This document shows, one piece after another, positions 28,482 through 37,585 of a DNA stretch of 64,000 bases (position 1 is the stretch's first letter; the number at the start of each line of letters is the position of its first letter). The position numbers and the translations under genes are program-made. The notes under the pieces are model-generated. The model saw only the letters and a list, made by a program, of their open reading frames with translations. It did not search any database and was not told the DNA's origin. Origin of the DNA: an uncultured Desulfospira sp. (lineage in GTDB: Bacteria; Desulfobacterota; Desulfobacteria; Desulfobacterales; Desulfobacteraceae); the NCBI GenBank assembly GCA_963663165.1, contig OY760175.1, forward strand, positions 3,840,001-3,904,000, read 5' to 3'.

Positions 28482-28596
28482 TCTCACGCAGAAGATGGGC
28501 GTGGCCTTGGGCGCTCAACTGTTCTATCAAAGGGGCCGGGATTTTTATCAGCATTTCGCTGAAAATTTTAACTCAAAATTGAAAGGACCCCGGCCT

Positions 28597-30042
28597 ATGA
28601 ACAGTAAAAACCAAAGTCCGGTTGATAACTGGGCTTTGTTTCGCTTCTCAGTCGTTGGCGGTTTGCTGGCAAATCCGCCGGCCAAAGGTGAGCTGCGCAA
28701 GGAACTGGAAAAGCTTTCCTATCAGATTTACACCCATCCCATCACGAACGAATCAACGGTATTTCATTTTTCAACTATTGAAAGCTGGTATTACAAGGCA
28801 AAAAATGCCCAGGACCCCATTATTGCTTTAGGGCGGAAAGTTCGTTCTGACTATGGCGGTTCAATTGTATTCACACCTGAACTGATCCGGATGCTGGGCA
28901 GACAATACCGGACTTATCCGAACTGGAGCTACAAACTGCACGCAGATAATTTCGCAGCAGAACTCCAGGAAAAGGAGGCTTCAGTATCGGTACCATCCTA
29001 TGCCAGTGTCCGGCGGCGGATGATCGAAAGGGGGTGGACCAGGAAGCCCTCAGCAAAGAAAAAACAGACAGCGGGTATGAAAATTGCCGCAAAGCGGTTC
29101 GAAAGCCATGAAATCCGAGGATACGAAGCAGAATATGTTCACAGCCTGTGGCATCTGGATTTTCATGAAGGCAGTCTGCGGGTGGTGGATAACAACGGTA
29201 ACTGGTATACGCCCAAAGCCTTATGTATTCTTGACGACCACTCCCGCCTGTGCTGCCACATCCAATGGTATTCAGGAGAAACCACCCAGGATTTGATTCA
29301 TGGATTGACCCAGGCCTTTTTCAAAAGGGGGCTTCCCAGGGCACTGATGACGGACAACGGATCTGCCATGACCTCCCATGAGTTTTGCAACGGGCTTAAG
29401 AAAACAGGGATACTTCATGAAACGACATTGCCCTACAGCCCTTATCAAAACGGTAAGCAGGAAGCCTTTTGGGGCACCCTTGAAGGCAGATTGATGGCCA
29501 TGCTGACCCGGGTGGACCCTCTGACACTGGAATATCTCAATCACCGCAGTCAGGCTTGGGTCGAGATGGAATATAACAAAACCAGGCATAGTGACATCGG
29601 CACATCTCCTGTTCAACGCATGCTTGAAGGCAAAGATGTTTCCCGGCCGGCACCGGATGAAGAACAATTACGTTTCGCCTTTACAGTTTGCGAAGTCAGA
29701 AATCAGCGCAAGTCTGACGGTACCGTGTCCATCAACGGGGTAAGATTTGAGATCCCTTCCCGGTTTCACCATATCCCTCGGTTACATGTCTGCTTTGCCA
29801 ATTGGGATAAATCCATGGCCTGGCTCATGGACCAGAGAACCGGCAAACAGATTGCGCCGATCTACCCCCAAGACAAAATCAAAAATGCTTCAGGAAAACG
29901 AAAGATCAAGTCGAGACCTGAACATACCATTCTACCGGATGAAACATTGAAAGAATCCGAGCCTGCATTATTAAGAAAACTGATGGCCGAGTATGCCCAA
30001 AGCGGCATGCCCCCAGCCTATCTGCCCAAAGGAGAATCATGA
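28597..30042 (+). CDS. DDE transposase with rve/Mu-like core and Mu-type C-terminal domain
   Basis: WHLDF, MTDNGS, QNGKQE with DD(35)E spacing; RKSDGTVSINGVRFEIP; GAAAGGA RBS before ATG 28597. Confidence 0.9.
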   Translation: MNSKNQSPVDNWALFRFSVVGGLLANPPAKGELRKELEKLSYQIYTHPITNESTVFHFSTIESWYYKAKNAQDPIIALGRKVRSDYGGSIVFTPELIRMLGRQYRTYPNWSYKLHADNFAAELQEKEASVSVPSYASVRRRMIERGWTRKPSAKKKQTAGMKIAAKRFESHEIRGYEAEYVHSLWHLDFHEGSLRVVDNNGNWYTPKALCILDDHSRLCCHIQWYSGETTQDLIHGLTQAFFKRGLPRALMTDNGSAMTSHEFCNGLKKTGILHETTLPYSPYQNGKQEAFWGTLEGRLMAMLTRVDPLTLEYLNHRSQAWVEMEYNKTRHSDIGTSPVQRMLEGKDVSRPAPDEEQLRFAFTVCEVRNQRKSDGTVSINGVRFEIPSRFHHIPRLHVCFANWDKSMAWLMDQRTGKQIAPIYPQDKIKNASGKRKIKSRPEHTILPDETLKESEPALLRKLMAEYAQSGMPPAYLPKGES

Positions 30043-30866
30043 ACAACAAACAGCTTCTGGCTTATTACGGCCTTAAATGGAATCCTTTTTTGTCCAATAT
30101 CCCCGTGGAGGCTTTATGGCATCCGCCATTGATGAACAGTTTTATTTTTCGTCTTGAGAATATGACCCTGAACGGGGGCTTTGCTTTGATCAGCGGGGAC
30201 CCTGGCCTTGGCAAATCCAAGGCGTTGCAGATGATTGCCCAAAAGTTCGGTAAACTTGACGAGGTAGTTGTCGGGGTAATGGAACGTCCCCAAAGCAGTG
30301 TCGGAGACTTTTACCGGGAAATGGGAGTTTTGTTTGGTGTCAATTTAAGCCCTGCCAACCGGTATGGCGGGTTCAAGGATCTTCGGGAGCGCTGGAGGCA
30401 TCATGTAAAAACCACCTTGTTCCGGCCCATCCTGCTCATAGATGAAGCCCAGGAGATGCTGACCGGATGCTTAAATGAACTGCGTTTGTTGAACAGCGCG
30501 GACTTTGACTCCCAAAACCTGTTGACCACCGTGATTTGCGGCGATGACCGGCTCCCGGAACGGTTCAGATCAAGATCCCTGGTATCGCTGGGAAGCCGGA
30601 TGCAGTTCCGGTTGACGCTGCTTCCCTATGTCCGGGATGACCTGCTGGATTACATGGATCACAGCCTGAACCAGGCCGGCGCCCCGCACTTAATGACGAA
30701 AACTCTGATCAGGACCCTTGCAGACCATTGCGCCGGCAACCTGCGGGTTCTTAACAATATGGCCGCAGACCTGCTGACTGCGGGGATTGAAAAAGAACTC
30801 AATCAATTGGACGAAAAGCTTTTTATGGAAGTCTATTCCAGACAGCCGCCCAATAAAAAATCATAG
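30039..30866 (+). CDS. ExeA-like AAA+ ATPase, transposition helper
   Basis: Walker A GDPGLGKS, Walker B LLIDEAQ, GNLRVLNN; overlaps the transposase stop (ATGA). Confidence 0.88.
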   Translation: MNNKQLLAYYGLKWNPFLSNIPVEALWHPPLMNSFIFRLENMTLNGGFALISGDPGLGKSKALQMIAQKFGKLDEVVVGVMERPQSSVGDFYREMGVLFGVNLSPANRYGGFKDLRERWRHHVKTTLFRPILLIDEAQEMLTGCLNELRLLNSADFDSQNLLTTVICGDDRLPERFRSRSLVSLGSRMQFRLTLLPYVRDDLLDYMDHSLNQAGAPHLMTKTLIRTLADHCAGNLRVLNNMAADLLTAGIEKELNQLDEKLFMEVYSRQPPNKKS

Positions 30867-30875
30867 GAGAACAAT

Positions 30876-31058
30876 ATGGGTATTTATGATGATCCGGACA
30901 TGAAACTGGAAGAAATCACACAGGAATTGGAACATTTTATCCTGGATATGGTCCTTGCCGGACTTGAAAGCTTGAATATGGAATATCGGGCCTTCAGGCG
31001 ATTCCAGAAACAAAGGCTCACGGAAAAGAACCGTCATAAAGAACACGAGCCGTTTTGA
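30876..31058 (+). CDS. Small helical hypothetical protein within the transposon
   Basis: 60 aa, AGGAG RBS, in operon with the ATPase. Confidence 0.55.
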   Translation: MGIYDDPDMKLEEITQELEHFILDMVLAGLESLNMEYRAFRRFQKQRLTEKNRHKEHEPF

Positions 31059-31095
31059 ACGTACGCCCGGACTCCAAAGGTCCGGGCCTGCCTCA

Positions 31096-31884
31096 ATGGA
31101 AAAAATACTTTGGAAAATCGGCAATTATTTTAAGCACCGCTTCAGCCTGGCAGTTCTTGATGAAATTAAGGGCCGGTGGCCCGTTCTCCCCTCTTGTAAA
31201 AACATCCCTTATCTTAAAGCTGAAAATGCCGGAGGAAGGCACATCCTGATCAGACCTGATCCTGTTATTCAGCCTTATTATTTTCTTGCCGACGATTTAA
31301 ACATTGACCTGCTTATCCGGCATCATCAATCCATATCAAACCGCTTTAAACCAGGCAGGATGGTTATAGAAACATCTCCCGGCAATTATCAAATTTGGAT
31401 TCACAGTGACCGTCCGTTAAGCCTTCCCGAAAAAAAGTATTGGTTGGAAAACATGCACAGTGATCCCGGCGCCGACCCGAAAAACAGGTGGGGCAGATGC
31501 CCCGGGTTCAGGAACAGAAAAGCAAAACACAGAACGCCTTCAGGACAATACCCTTTGGCAAAGCTATTATGGGTGGACTGGAAATGCCAGGCTATTGTCC
31601 CTGAAATAGAATTATCCTCCCAACCTCAAGAAGTCTTTTCCCATCAACCCCGGGGGGGAGTGTGCCATAACGGTAATATTTCCCGCTCCCTCTATGATAA
31701 GGGTGACGAATCTGCCACTGATTTTGCATATGCTCTGGCCCTCTATAGAAGAGGTTTCTCACGAATGGAAATTTACAATCGCATTATCAATGAAAGGCAG
31801 GATTGGATTAATCATGCGGGTGAACGAAAAAAAACACAGTATCTGATCAGGACATTACAGAAAGCTGAAAAAATTATCAGTTAA
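31096..31884 (+). CDS. RepB'-type (RSF1010-like AEP) DNA primase
   Basis: LADDL, VIETSPGNYQIW, DPGAD...RCPGFRN, C-terminal DESATDFAYA...YLIRT helical bundle. Confidence 0.82.
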   Translation: MEKILWKIGNYFKHRFSLAVLDEIKGRWPVLPSCKNIPYLKAENAGGRHILIRPDPVIQPYYFLADDLNIDLLIRHHQSISNRFKPGRMVIETSPGNYQIWIHSDRPLSLPEKKYWLENMHSDPGADPKNRWGRCPGFRNRKAKHRTPSGQYPLAKLLWVDWKCQAIVPEIELSSQPQEVFSHQPRGGVCHNGNISRSLYDKGDESATDFAYALALYRRGFSRMEIYNRIINERQDWINHAGERKKTQYLIRTLQKAEKIIS

Positions 31885-31915
31885 AATCGGGCTCTCTTGG
31901 CCTCCGGGAAAGCCC

Positions 31916-32152
31916 TTATTTACCATGAAACGTTGTCCATGAATTATCGTGATTGCTCTCAACATTTGCAGCTGACGGTCCTTTGGGACCCTGTTCAATG
32001 TCGAATGACACTTGATCACCCTCATTGAGAGTTTTAAAACCAGTTGCATTGATGCCTGAATGATGGACAAATACATCTTTGCCACCACCTGCATGTTCAA
32101 TAAATCCAAAACCTTTTGACTCGTTAAACCATTTTACGATACCGTTTGCCAT
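31916..32152 (-). CDS. csp: Cold-shock protein interrupted by the transposon, now with a chimeric C-terminus
   Basis: [31 protein letters not shown]; the last 14 residues ([14 protein letters not shown]) are read from the transposon end. Confidence 0.92.
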   Translation of the reverse strand: MANGIVKWFNESKGFGFIEHAGGGKDVFVHHSGINATGFKTLNEGDQVSFDIEQGPKGPSAANVESNHDNSWTTFHGK

Positions 32153-32801
32153 GTAGGCGTTCTCCTAAATAAGAATAAAAATAAATCGTCTCGATCTTAA
32201 AGAATAATCACTGATTTCTCGGGGAAAATATCTAAGGAAGAAACTCAAGCACTTCAAAATAGCGCAATGTTGGTCATTTTACAGATTACTGAGGAGAAGT
32301 CAAGAAAAAAAATATTATTTCAAAATAACATTTTTTTTGCAACAATTTTGAGTAGGATTAGCAGGAATTGAAGTGTTATTTGCTATATATCAAAATATTG
32401 TAATTATATATAATAAATCAAATTGTTAGAAGAGTTTCAAAAGCACTTTTTAGCACTTTTTGGTTAGAATGAAACCCTAAATTACGATTAAATGAAATGG
32501 CAAATCCACTACTTTATATTTAATTCAGTTGCAATTCTTACCCAATGTTGTATGCTGTTTATAAAATAAATCAGCCAGAGTAAATTCCCCCTTGGTTAGA
32601 CTAAATCACTTAGGCGGTCCTCGCTACTTAATCTTTACCCTATCTTGTATATTTTTGTCTGATTTTTTATTGATTATCACAAAAGTTGATTAGCTGTTTG
32701 ATTAATCATTAACACCTTAAATTTAAACCCAAATTCGAATCCTTAAGTTGTTTTGGATGTTGTTTGGTACTTTCGGATGAGATTACAGGAAAGGATTGGA
32801 A

Positions 32802-32966
32802 ATGCAAAAGAAACCTAAATCGAAGTATGGATACAGTAAGAGTGAGTTGATTGAAATTATAAATGAAATTGATGCCGACCGACATCAAATGAGAATTAGA
32901 ACCGAAAATCCGAACACTCATAGGAGAAGCAATCGCCCCCATTTGGTTTTGAGAAATGAAAAATAG
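32802..32966 (+). CDS. Possible small hypothetical protein (54 aa)
   Basis: MQKKPKSKYGYSKSELIEII... open frame with a purine-rich RBS; below the ORF-track cutoff. Confidence 0.3.
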   Translation: MQKKPKSKYGYSKSELIEIINEIDADRHQMRIRTENPNTHRRSNRPHLVLRNEK

Positions 32967-32986
32967 TCAGAATTAACTTACATACA

Positions 32987-33193
32987 TTGAAGAGCCCAAA
33001 TATGACTGATAGCCTTGATCAATCAACAGTTTCGTCCAATAATAATTACGAATTACCGATTGATGTTTGTGATCATATGATTTCCACATCGCTTAGAGAC
33101 TTGAGAAAAAAGTATTCGGATTTACGTATCAAGAAATCGTCTGATGCTGATATAGAAGGAAAAACGTTAAAAAAAGAAGAAGAACCAGACTGA
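32987..33193 (+). CDS. Hypothetical protein
   Basis: Open frame only. Confidence 0.3.
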   Translation: MKSPNMTDSLDQSTVSSNNNYELPIDVCDHMISTSLRDLRKKYSDLRIKKSSDADIEGKTLKKEEEPD

Positions 33194-33848
33194 AAACAAA
33201 CCTGGTGCTAAGTTAGAAGGAATTGAATAGGATTCGCTTATGTCTGACATCCGGGTTCGCTATACCACATTGGAAGTTGGGAATATTGATATTCATATCC
33301 GTATGCTGAGGGATTTGCTTCAGTTCAGGGATAATGACGGTATTGCTAGAAGCCTTGGGATTTCTTCTGCCGCCTGGCCAATGTTCGGTGTGATCTGGCC
33401 TTCAGGTATGGTTCTGGCAAATCTGATGTTGGATTACAATGCCAAAGGGAAACGCGTTTTGGAGGTGGGGTGTGGAATCGCTTTGGCCAGTTTGGTTCTG
33501 AATGAGCGGTTAGCTGATATTACCGCAACGGACCATCACCCAGAAACAGGGGGTTTCCTCTTTTATAATGTAAGTCTGAATAACGGGAAAAACATTCCCT
33601 TTGTGCAAACTGGATGGGCTTATTCCGATATCGATCAACTTGGGACATTTGATCTTATTATCGGATCTGATCTCCTATACGAGGAACAGAATATTGAGCT
33701 TTTATCCACATTTATAGATAAGCATAGTCGACGTCAGTGCGAAGTGCTTATGGTTGATCCTGGCCGAGGATTGCATGCAAAATTTAGCAAAAAGATGGTG
33801 GGCCTTGGGTATTCGCATTCTCAAAAAAAACCAAACAATACAGACTAT

Positions 33849-35387
33849 CCCTACAACGTGACTTATATTTAATATTATTGTTTTAGGTAACATAATCTGC
33901 TACACTCCGCAATATAACTTTTATATAGGAGGTAGAGTATGTTGCCTGAAATCCGAAAAGATGAGTACCTTTATCCTATCCCCAAATTTGATATCTGTGA
34001 AGGGGATGTAAAAAATTTTTTCAATGAACTTAAAGGGTTTCATGAAATTTTCCACGACTGTTTTCATCGTTCTGAGTCAAGGGAACATTTTTTCAGGTAT
34101 ATGGCTGGGCAATTTAGTGACCTGGAAAGAAAATCAATTGAACCCATTGCTCTGGCCGTTGAAGATGGCAATGTTAGGGCAATGCAGCGTTTTATTAGCG
34201 ATGCTGAATGGAATGACGCCAATATTATGGCCAAGTATCGTAATCTCATAAATGAAGATATGGGGACACCTGATGGCGTTCTTATTTTTGATGAAAGCGG
34301 TTTTGTTAAAAAAGGCAATGAATCCATCGGTGTTGCCAGACAATATTGCGGGAATGTCGGCAAGGTTGAAAACAGCCAAGTGGGTGTTTTTGCAGCCTAT
34401 GCTTCCCCAAAGGGCTACGGATTGATTGATAAACGACTGTTTATACCTGAACTATGGTTTAAAGACGATCACAAACAGGGAAGAAAAAAGTGCAAACTGC
34501 CTGAGTCTGTTTCGTTTAAGACAAAACCGCAATTGGCTTCCGAAATGTTGAACGAACTCGCAGAAGAAGCCATCGTGCCGTTTAAGTATGTTACCGCGGA
34601 TTCATTGTATGGCAACAGTGATGATTTTATTGAAGCTGTTGAGCAACATCCGGATTTGACCTATTTTGTAGAAGTTCCTTGTAATACTCAATGCTGGTTT
34701 AACAGACCTATTACCGTTGAAAAAACTTACAAATACAAAGGAGAGCAGCGTACAAAAATAGTTGTTGAAAAATCCTCCAAAAAGCCGGTCGATGTCAAAA
34801 CTATCGCAAAAAATATAAATGATTTTTTCTGGTACCGCCGGAAAGTATCTGAAGGTACCAAAGGACCTATTGAATATGAATTTACCAAAAGACGAGTGGT
34901 ACTTTCCAAAGGAAACACGCCTACAAAATCGGTGTGGCTGATCATGAGGCGAACCCTTGGGAAATCCCCGGATTATAAATTTTTCCTTAGCAATGCCGGG
35001 GTTAGTGCCAGATTAAAGCTTTTTGTATGGCTTAGTGGTATTCGTTGGGCAATTGAACAGTGTTTTGAGGAAACCAAGACTGAACTCGGCATGGATCATT
35101 ATGAGGTCCGTAAATACCCAGGCTGGAATCATCATATAATAACGTGCATGCTTGCACATTTTTTCTTGTGGCACCTGAAAATCAGGATGGGAAAAAAAAG
35201 CTCCATCCATTACAGTGTCGCAGCTTAGAATACTAATGGAGGTGGTTTTGCCATTGAGACCTTGTCGTTTTCATACCGTTATGCAATCGGTTTTGTATTA
35301 CCAAAGGCGCAATCACGCTGCATATCTATCGCATCGAAAAAGGAGGCTTCTTGATAGAAAGAATACGCACTAAGTTACGTTGTAGGG
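33849..35387 (+). mobile_element. IS701-family insertion sequence, copy 2 (1539 bp)
   Basis: TIRs 33849-33865 and 35371-35387 (one mismatch); CTAT duplications at 33845-33848 and 35388-35391. Confidence 0.93.
33939..35228 (+). CDS. IS701-family transposase
   Basis: Differs from copy 1 at only three residues (G/D, V/F, Y/H). Confidence 0.93.
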   Translation: MLPEIRKDEYLYPIPKFDICEGDVKNFFNELKGFHEIFHDCFHRSESREHFFRYMAGQFSDLERKSIEPIALAVEDGNVRAMQRFISDAEWNDANIMAKYRNLINEDMGTPDGVLIFDESGFVKKGNESIGVARQYCGNVGKVENSQVGVFAAYASPKGYGLIDKRLFIPELWFKDDHKQGRKKCKLPESVSFKTKPQLASEMLNELAEEAIVPFKYVTADSLYGNSDDFIEAVEQHPDLTYFVEVPCNTQCWFNRPITVEKTYKYKGEQRTKIVVEKSSKKPVDVKTIAKNINDFFWYRRKVSEGTKGPIEYEFTKRRVVLSKGNTPTKSVWLIMRRTLGKSPDYKFFLSNAGVSARLKLFVWLSGIRWAIEQCFEETKTELGMDHYEVRKYPGWNHHIITCMLAHFFLWHLKIRMGKKSSIHYSVAA

Positions 35388-35944
35388 CTATTTGAATGAT
35401 GGATTTAAAGGCTGGATTCTTAACTATACCAGATAGCCAAAATTAAGATAATTCACGTGTATCAATTTTGATTTTGACAGGCAGCGCTTAACAATCAAAT
35501 CCTCCAACTTCTTTCTTCTTTGTTTCTGATCATCAAGGCAGAGTGTACCCTTTCCGAAATGAGTGAAGCCAAAGTCCGCAATAATGGTGTCCCCTGATCC
35601 CCAATCTGAATTCAGATACCATATCTTGTGGTCCGGTTCAAATCTCCAGATTACATTTTATATATTAAACTCCTGACTCTGATGGAATCTCTGAAAAAGA
35701 GACCCATACGTCCATGATCTGTCGTTTGGAACACGGATTCTGAAGCAACAATATATTATTAACCTTGGCCATCTCCGGCAAAATTAAATTTTATAATCCG
35801 TATCCCATTCAACATCGACATCAGACTTAACGCCAGTTTCAACCGGTTTCCCAGAGCCGAATGCATAAGAAGTATTGACGTCATGTTCAACATCCCCTAT
35901 ATATTTGTGCATTATGAAAATAATTTATGAAATTGGAGATATGT

Positions 35945-36463
35945 ATGTTAAAACCCGTTCAATCTATTCTGTTTGCAACCAACCTGAATAAAACCTGCAT
36001 TCCGGCCTTTGAAATGGCCGCGTCCCTCGCTGCCCGGCATCAGGCCACCCTCGTGCTGATCCATGTGGTGCAGCAGATGCCTGAATACGTGGAAAACCGC
36101 CTCAAAGGGCTGTTCGGGGAGCAGGGATACGAGGATATGGTCCAGAAAAAATCCAACACTGCCCGTGCGGCCCTGATCGGCAAACGGTCCTCTTCTGACC
36201 TGGTACGCGACGCCCTTGAACAATTTTGTGCCAATGTCGGCATAGATGATGACTCTTGTGATTACCAGACCAAAGAAATCGTTGTTACCAGCGGAAATCT
36301 AGAAGATGAAATTCTGGCCGCCGCTAAAAAGTACAATTGCGGCCTCATTGTCATGGGCGCAAGGGAAGGATTTATCAGCGACAATTCCATCGGCCACACC
36401 ATTAAAACCATCATGCGCCGGTCCAGCATTCCGGTGATGATGGTGCCCCCGCCCGAAGAATAA
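35945..36463 (+). CDS. Universal stress protein, paralog of 20029..20547
   Basis: Same motifs and long identical blocks. Confidence 0.9.
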   Translation: MLKPVQSILFATNLNKTCIPAFEMAASLAARHQATLVLIHVVQQMPEYVENRLKGLFGEQGYEDMVQKKSNTARAALIGKRSSSDLVRDALEQFCANVGIDDDSCDYQTKEIVVTSGNLEDEILAAAKKYNCGLIVMGAREGFISDNSIGHTIKTIMRRSSIPVMMVPPPEE

Positions 36464-36521
36464 TCCGGCTGTATATTGCGGACGGGCATATTGAATTTGG
36501 CCGTCCCAAAAACTTAAAAAT

Positions 36522-36558
36522 AAGAAAACCGCTTTTTGTTTCAAAAAGCGGTTTTCTT
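36522..36558. terminator. Bidirectional intrinsic terminator
   Basis: AAGAAAACCGCTTTTTG / CAAAAAGCGGTTTTCTT between convergent genes. Confidence 0.8.
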
Positions 36559-36586
36559 TTTGTTGTAAAATAAAAACGGCCCGGAA

Positions 36587-37081
36587 TTACCCGGCAACAA
36601 GTCCGGAAAACACCTTCCTTAAATACTCCTGGGGAACCGGGGTTAAATAAGGCTCATCATCCATTTCAAATTCAGCAGGAATCGATTCACGGCTGCGACC
36701 CCCGGTCTGGTCCTGGACATGAACGCCTACTATGTCAAAAGCGTCCATGCTCAAGGCCCTTTTATGGGGTCTTTTCTTGGAATTCTGGTCAAACCAGGCG
36801 TCACAACTTTCGTGATCTCCCACATGCATCACATAAATGGCCCTCCGGGTTTTGATACAAATCAACCTGAACCCTGATCCGAGATCAAACTTTTTGCTGT
36901 CTTTGACCCGCTTGTCAGATCTTGACCTGAGCAGCCCGGGAGATTCCGTCTCCTGGCCCTGGATCAGGGCATCAATGATCTTTCTGGCCCGGCCTGCGGC
37001 AATAGAAGGGGCATTGGCCTGTTTTTCCATGGCCGTCAGCTGCTTTTCAATTTTGGGATGAATCTGGACCTGGTCTGCCAT
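36587..37081 (-). CDS. Hypothetical protein, possible RelE-like fold
   Basis: KFDLGSGFRLICIK...VMHVGDH pattern; start MADQV with GGGGG RBS. Confidence 0.55.
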   Translation of the reverse strand: MADQVQIHPKIEKQLTAMEKQANAPSIAAGRARKIIDALIQGQETESPGLLRSRSDKRVKDSKKFDLGSGFRLICIKTRRAIYVMHVGDHESCDAWFDQNSKKRPHKRALSMDAFDIVGVHVQDQTGGRSRESIPAEFEMDDEPYLTPVPQEYLRKVFSGLVAG

Positions 37082-37092
37082 AATCCCCCCTT

Positions 37093-37410
37093 TTAGCTGC
37101 CGCAGCAGGAACCGCTGCTGCCGCATGAAGAGCAGCCGCCGCCAAGGCTGAGGTTTGAATCCAGGGCAAATCCCATGCCCGTAAAATCCACCTTTACCGG
37201 GGTGGCCTTGGCCATCAGGTCTTTCTCCATGATGTATTCCACCCCGTCGTAAACAAAACCGTCGTCGGTGTCCTTTTTTTCATCCAAGGCCATGGCCAGG
37301 GACGGTCCGCCGCAGCCCATATTATTGACAAAAATTCTGACGGGCTGCACCTCTTTGCCATTAAAATACTCTCTTACCTGCTCCTGGGCAGCCTCTGTAA
37401 CACTGATCAT
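37093..37410 (-). CDS. HesB/IscA-like protein (Cys form)
   Basis: ISVTEAA, VRIF..MGCGGPSLAMALDE, C-terminal CSSC...CC. Confidence 0.85.
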   Translation of the reverse strand: MISVTEAAQEQVREYFNGKEVQPVRIFVNNMGCGGPSLAMALDEKKDTDDGFVYDGVEYIMEKDLMAKATPVKVDFTGMGFALDSNLSLGGGCSSCGSSGSCCGS

Positions 37411-37506
37411 CTTAATCTCCTCTTTAAAGCTGTTAGCCTTTAGCTGTTAGTTGTTTGCCTTCAGCCGTTCAAAAAAGCCAAAGGCTGATAATCCTTCTTG
37501 TTTTTT

Positions 37507-37583
37507 TGTGTTTGGACGAGAATTTGCTTGAGAGGCAAACTTTCCTGCAACGCAGCAGATGGGTGAATTCTCGTTCAAACACA
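37507..37583. repeat. MITE/REP-like palindromic element
   Basis: 18-bp IR with one mismatch, TGTGTTTGGACGAGAATT / AATTCTCGTTCAAACACA. Confidence 0.55.
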
Positions 37584-37585
37584 TG

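Larger units (their letters stand above)
27756..31961 (+). mobile_element. Complete 4206-bp DDE transposon carrying an AAA+ ATPase and a RepB'-type primase
   Basis: Imperfect TIRs TGAGAATGGTCACAAAAAATCATGGA / TGAGAGCAATCACGATAATTCATGGA; 3-bp duplication ACA (27753-27755, 31962-31964); excision restores an intact csp gene. Confidence 0.9.
33240..35436 (+). pseudogene. Class I SAM methyltransferase (METTL21-like) interrupted by IS701 copy 2
   Basis: FGVIWPS, VLEVGCG, IIGSDLLYE; removing the IS and one CTAT gives ...TDYLNDGFKGWILNYTR* ending at 35436. Confidence 0.85.

Noticed and set aside
30039..30866. Type II secretion ExeA/GspA
   Set aside because: Translationally coupled to a DDE transposase inside defined TIRs, with no T2SS genes
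25953..35387. Composite transposon formed by the two IS701 copies
   Set aside because: Each copy has its own CTAT duplication, and copy 2 splits a gene whose halves are contiguous across it, indicating independent insertions
35440..35920. Decayed gene in the AT-rich spacer before USP2
   Set aside because: No recognisable motif or sustained open frame
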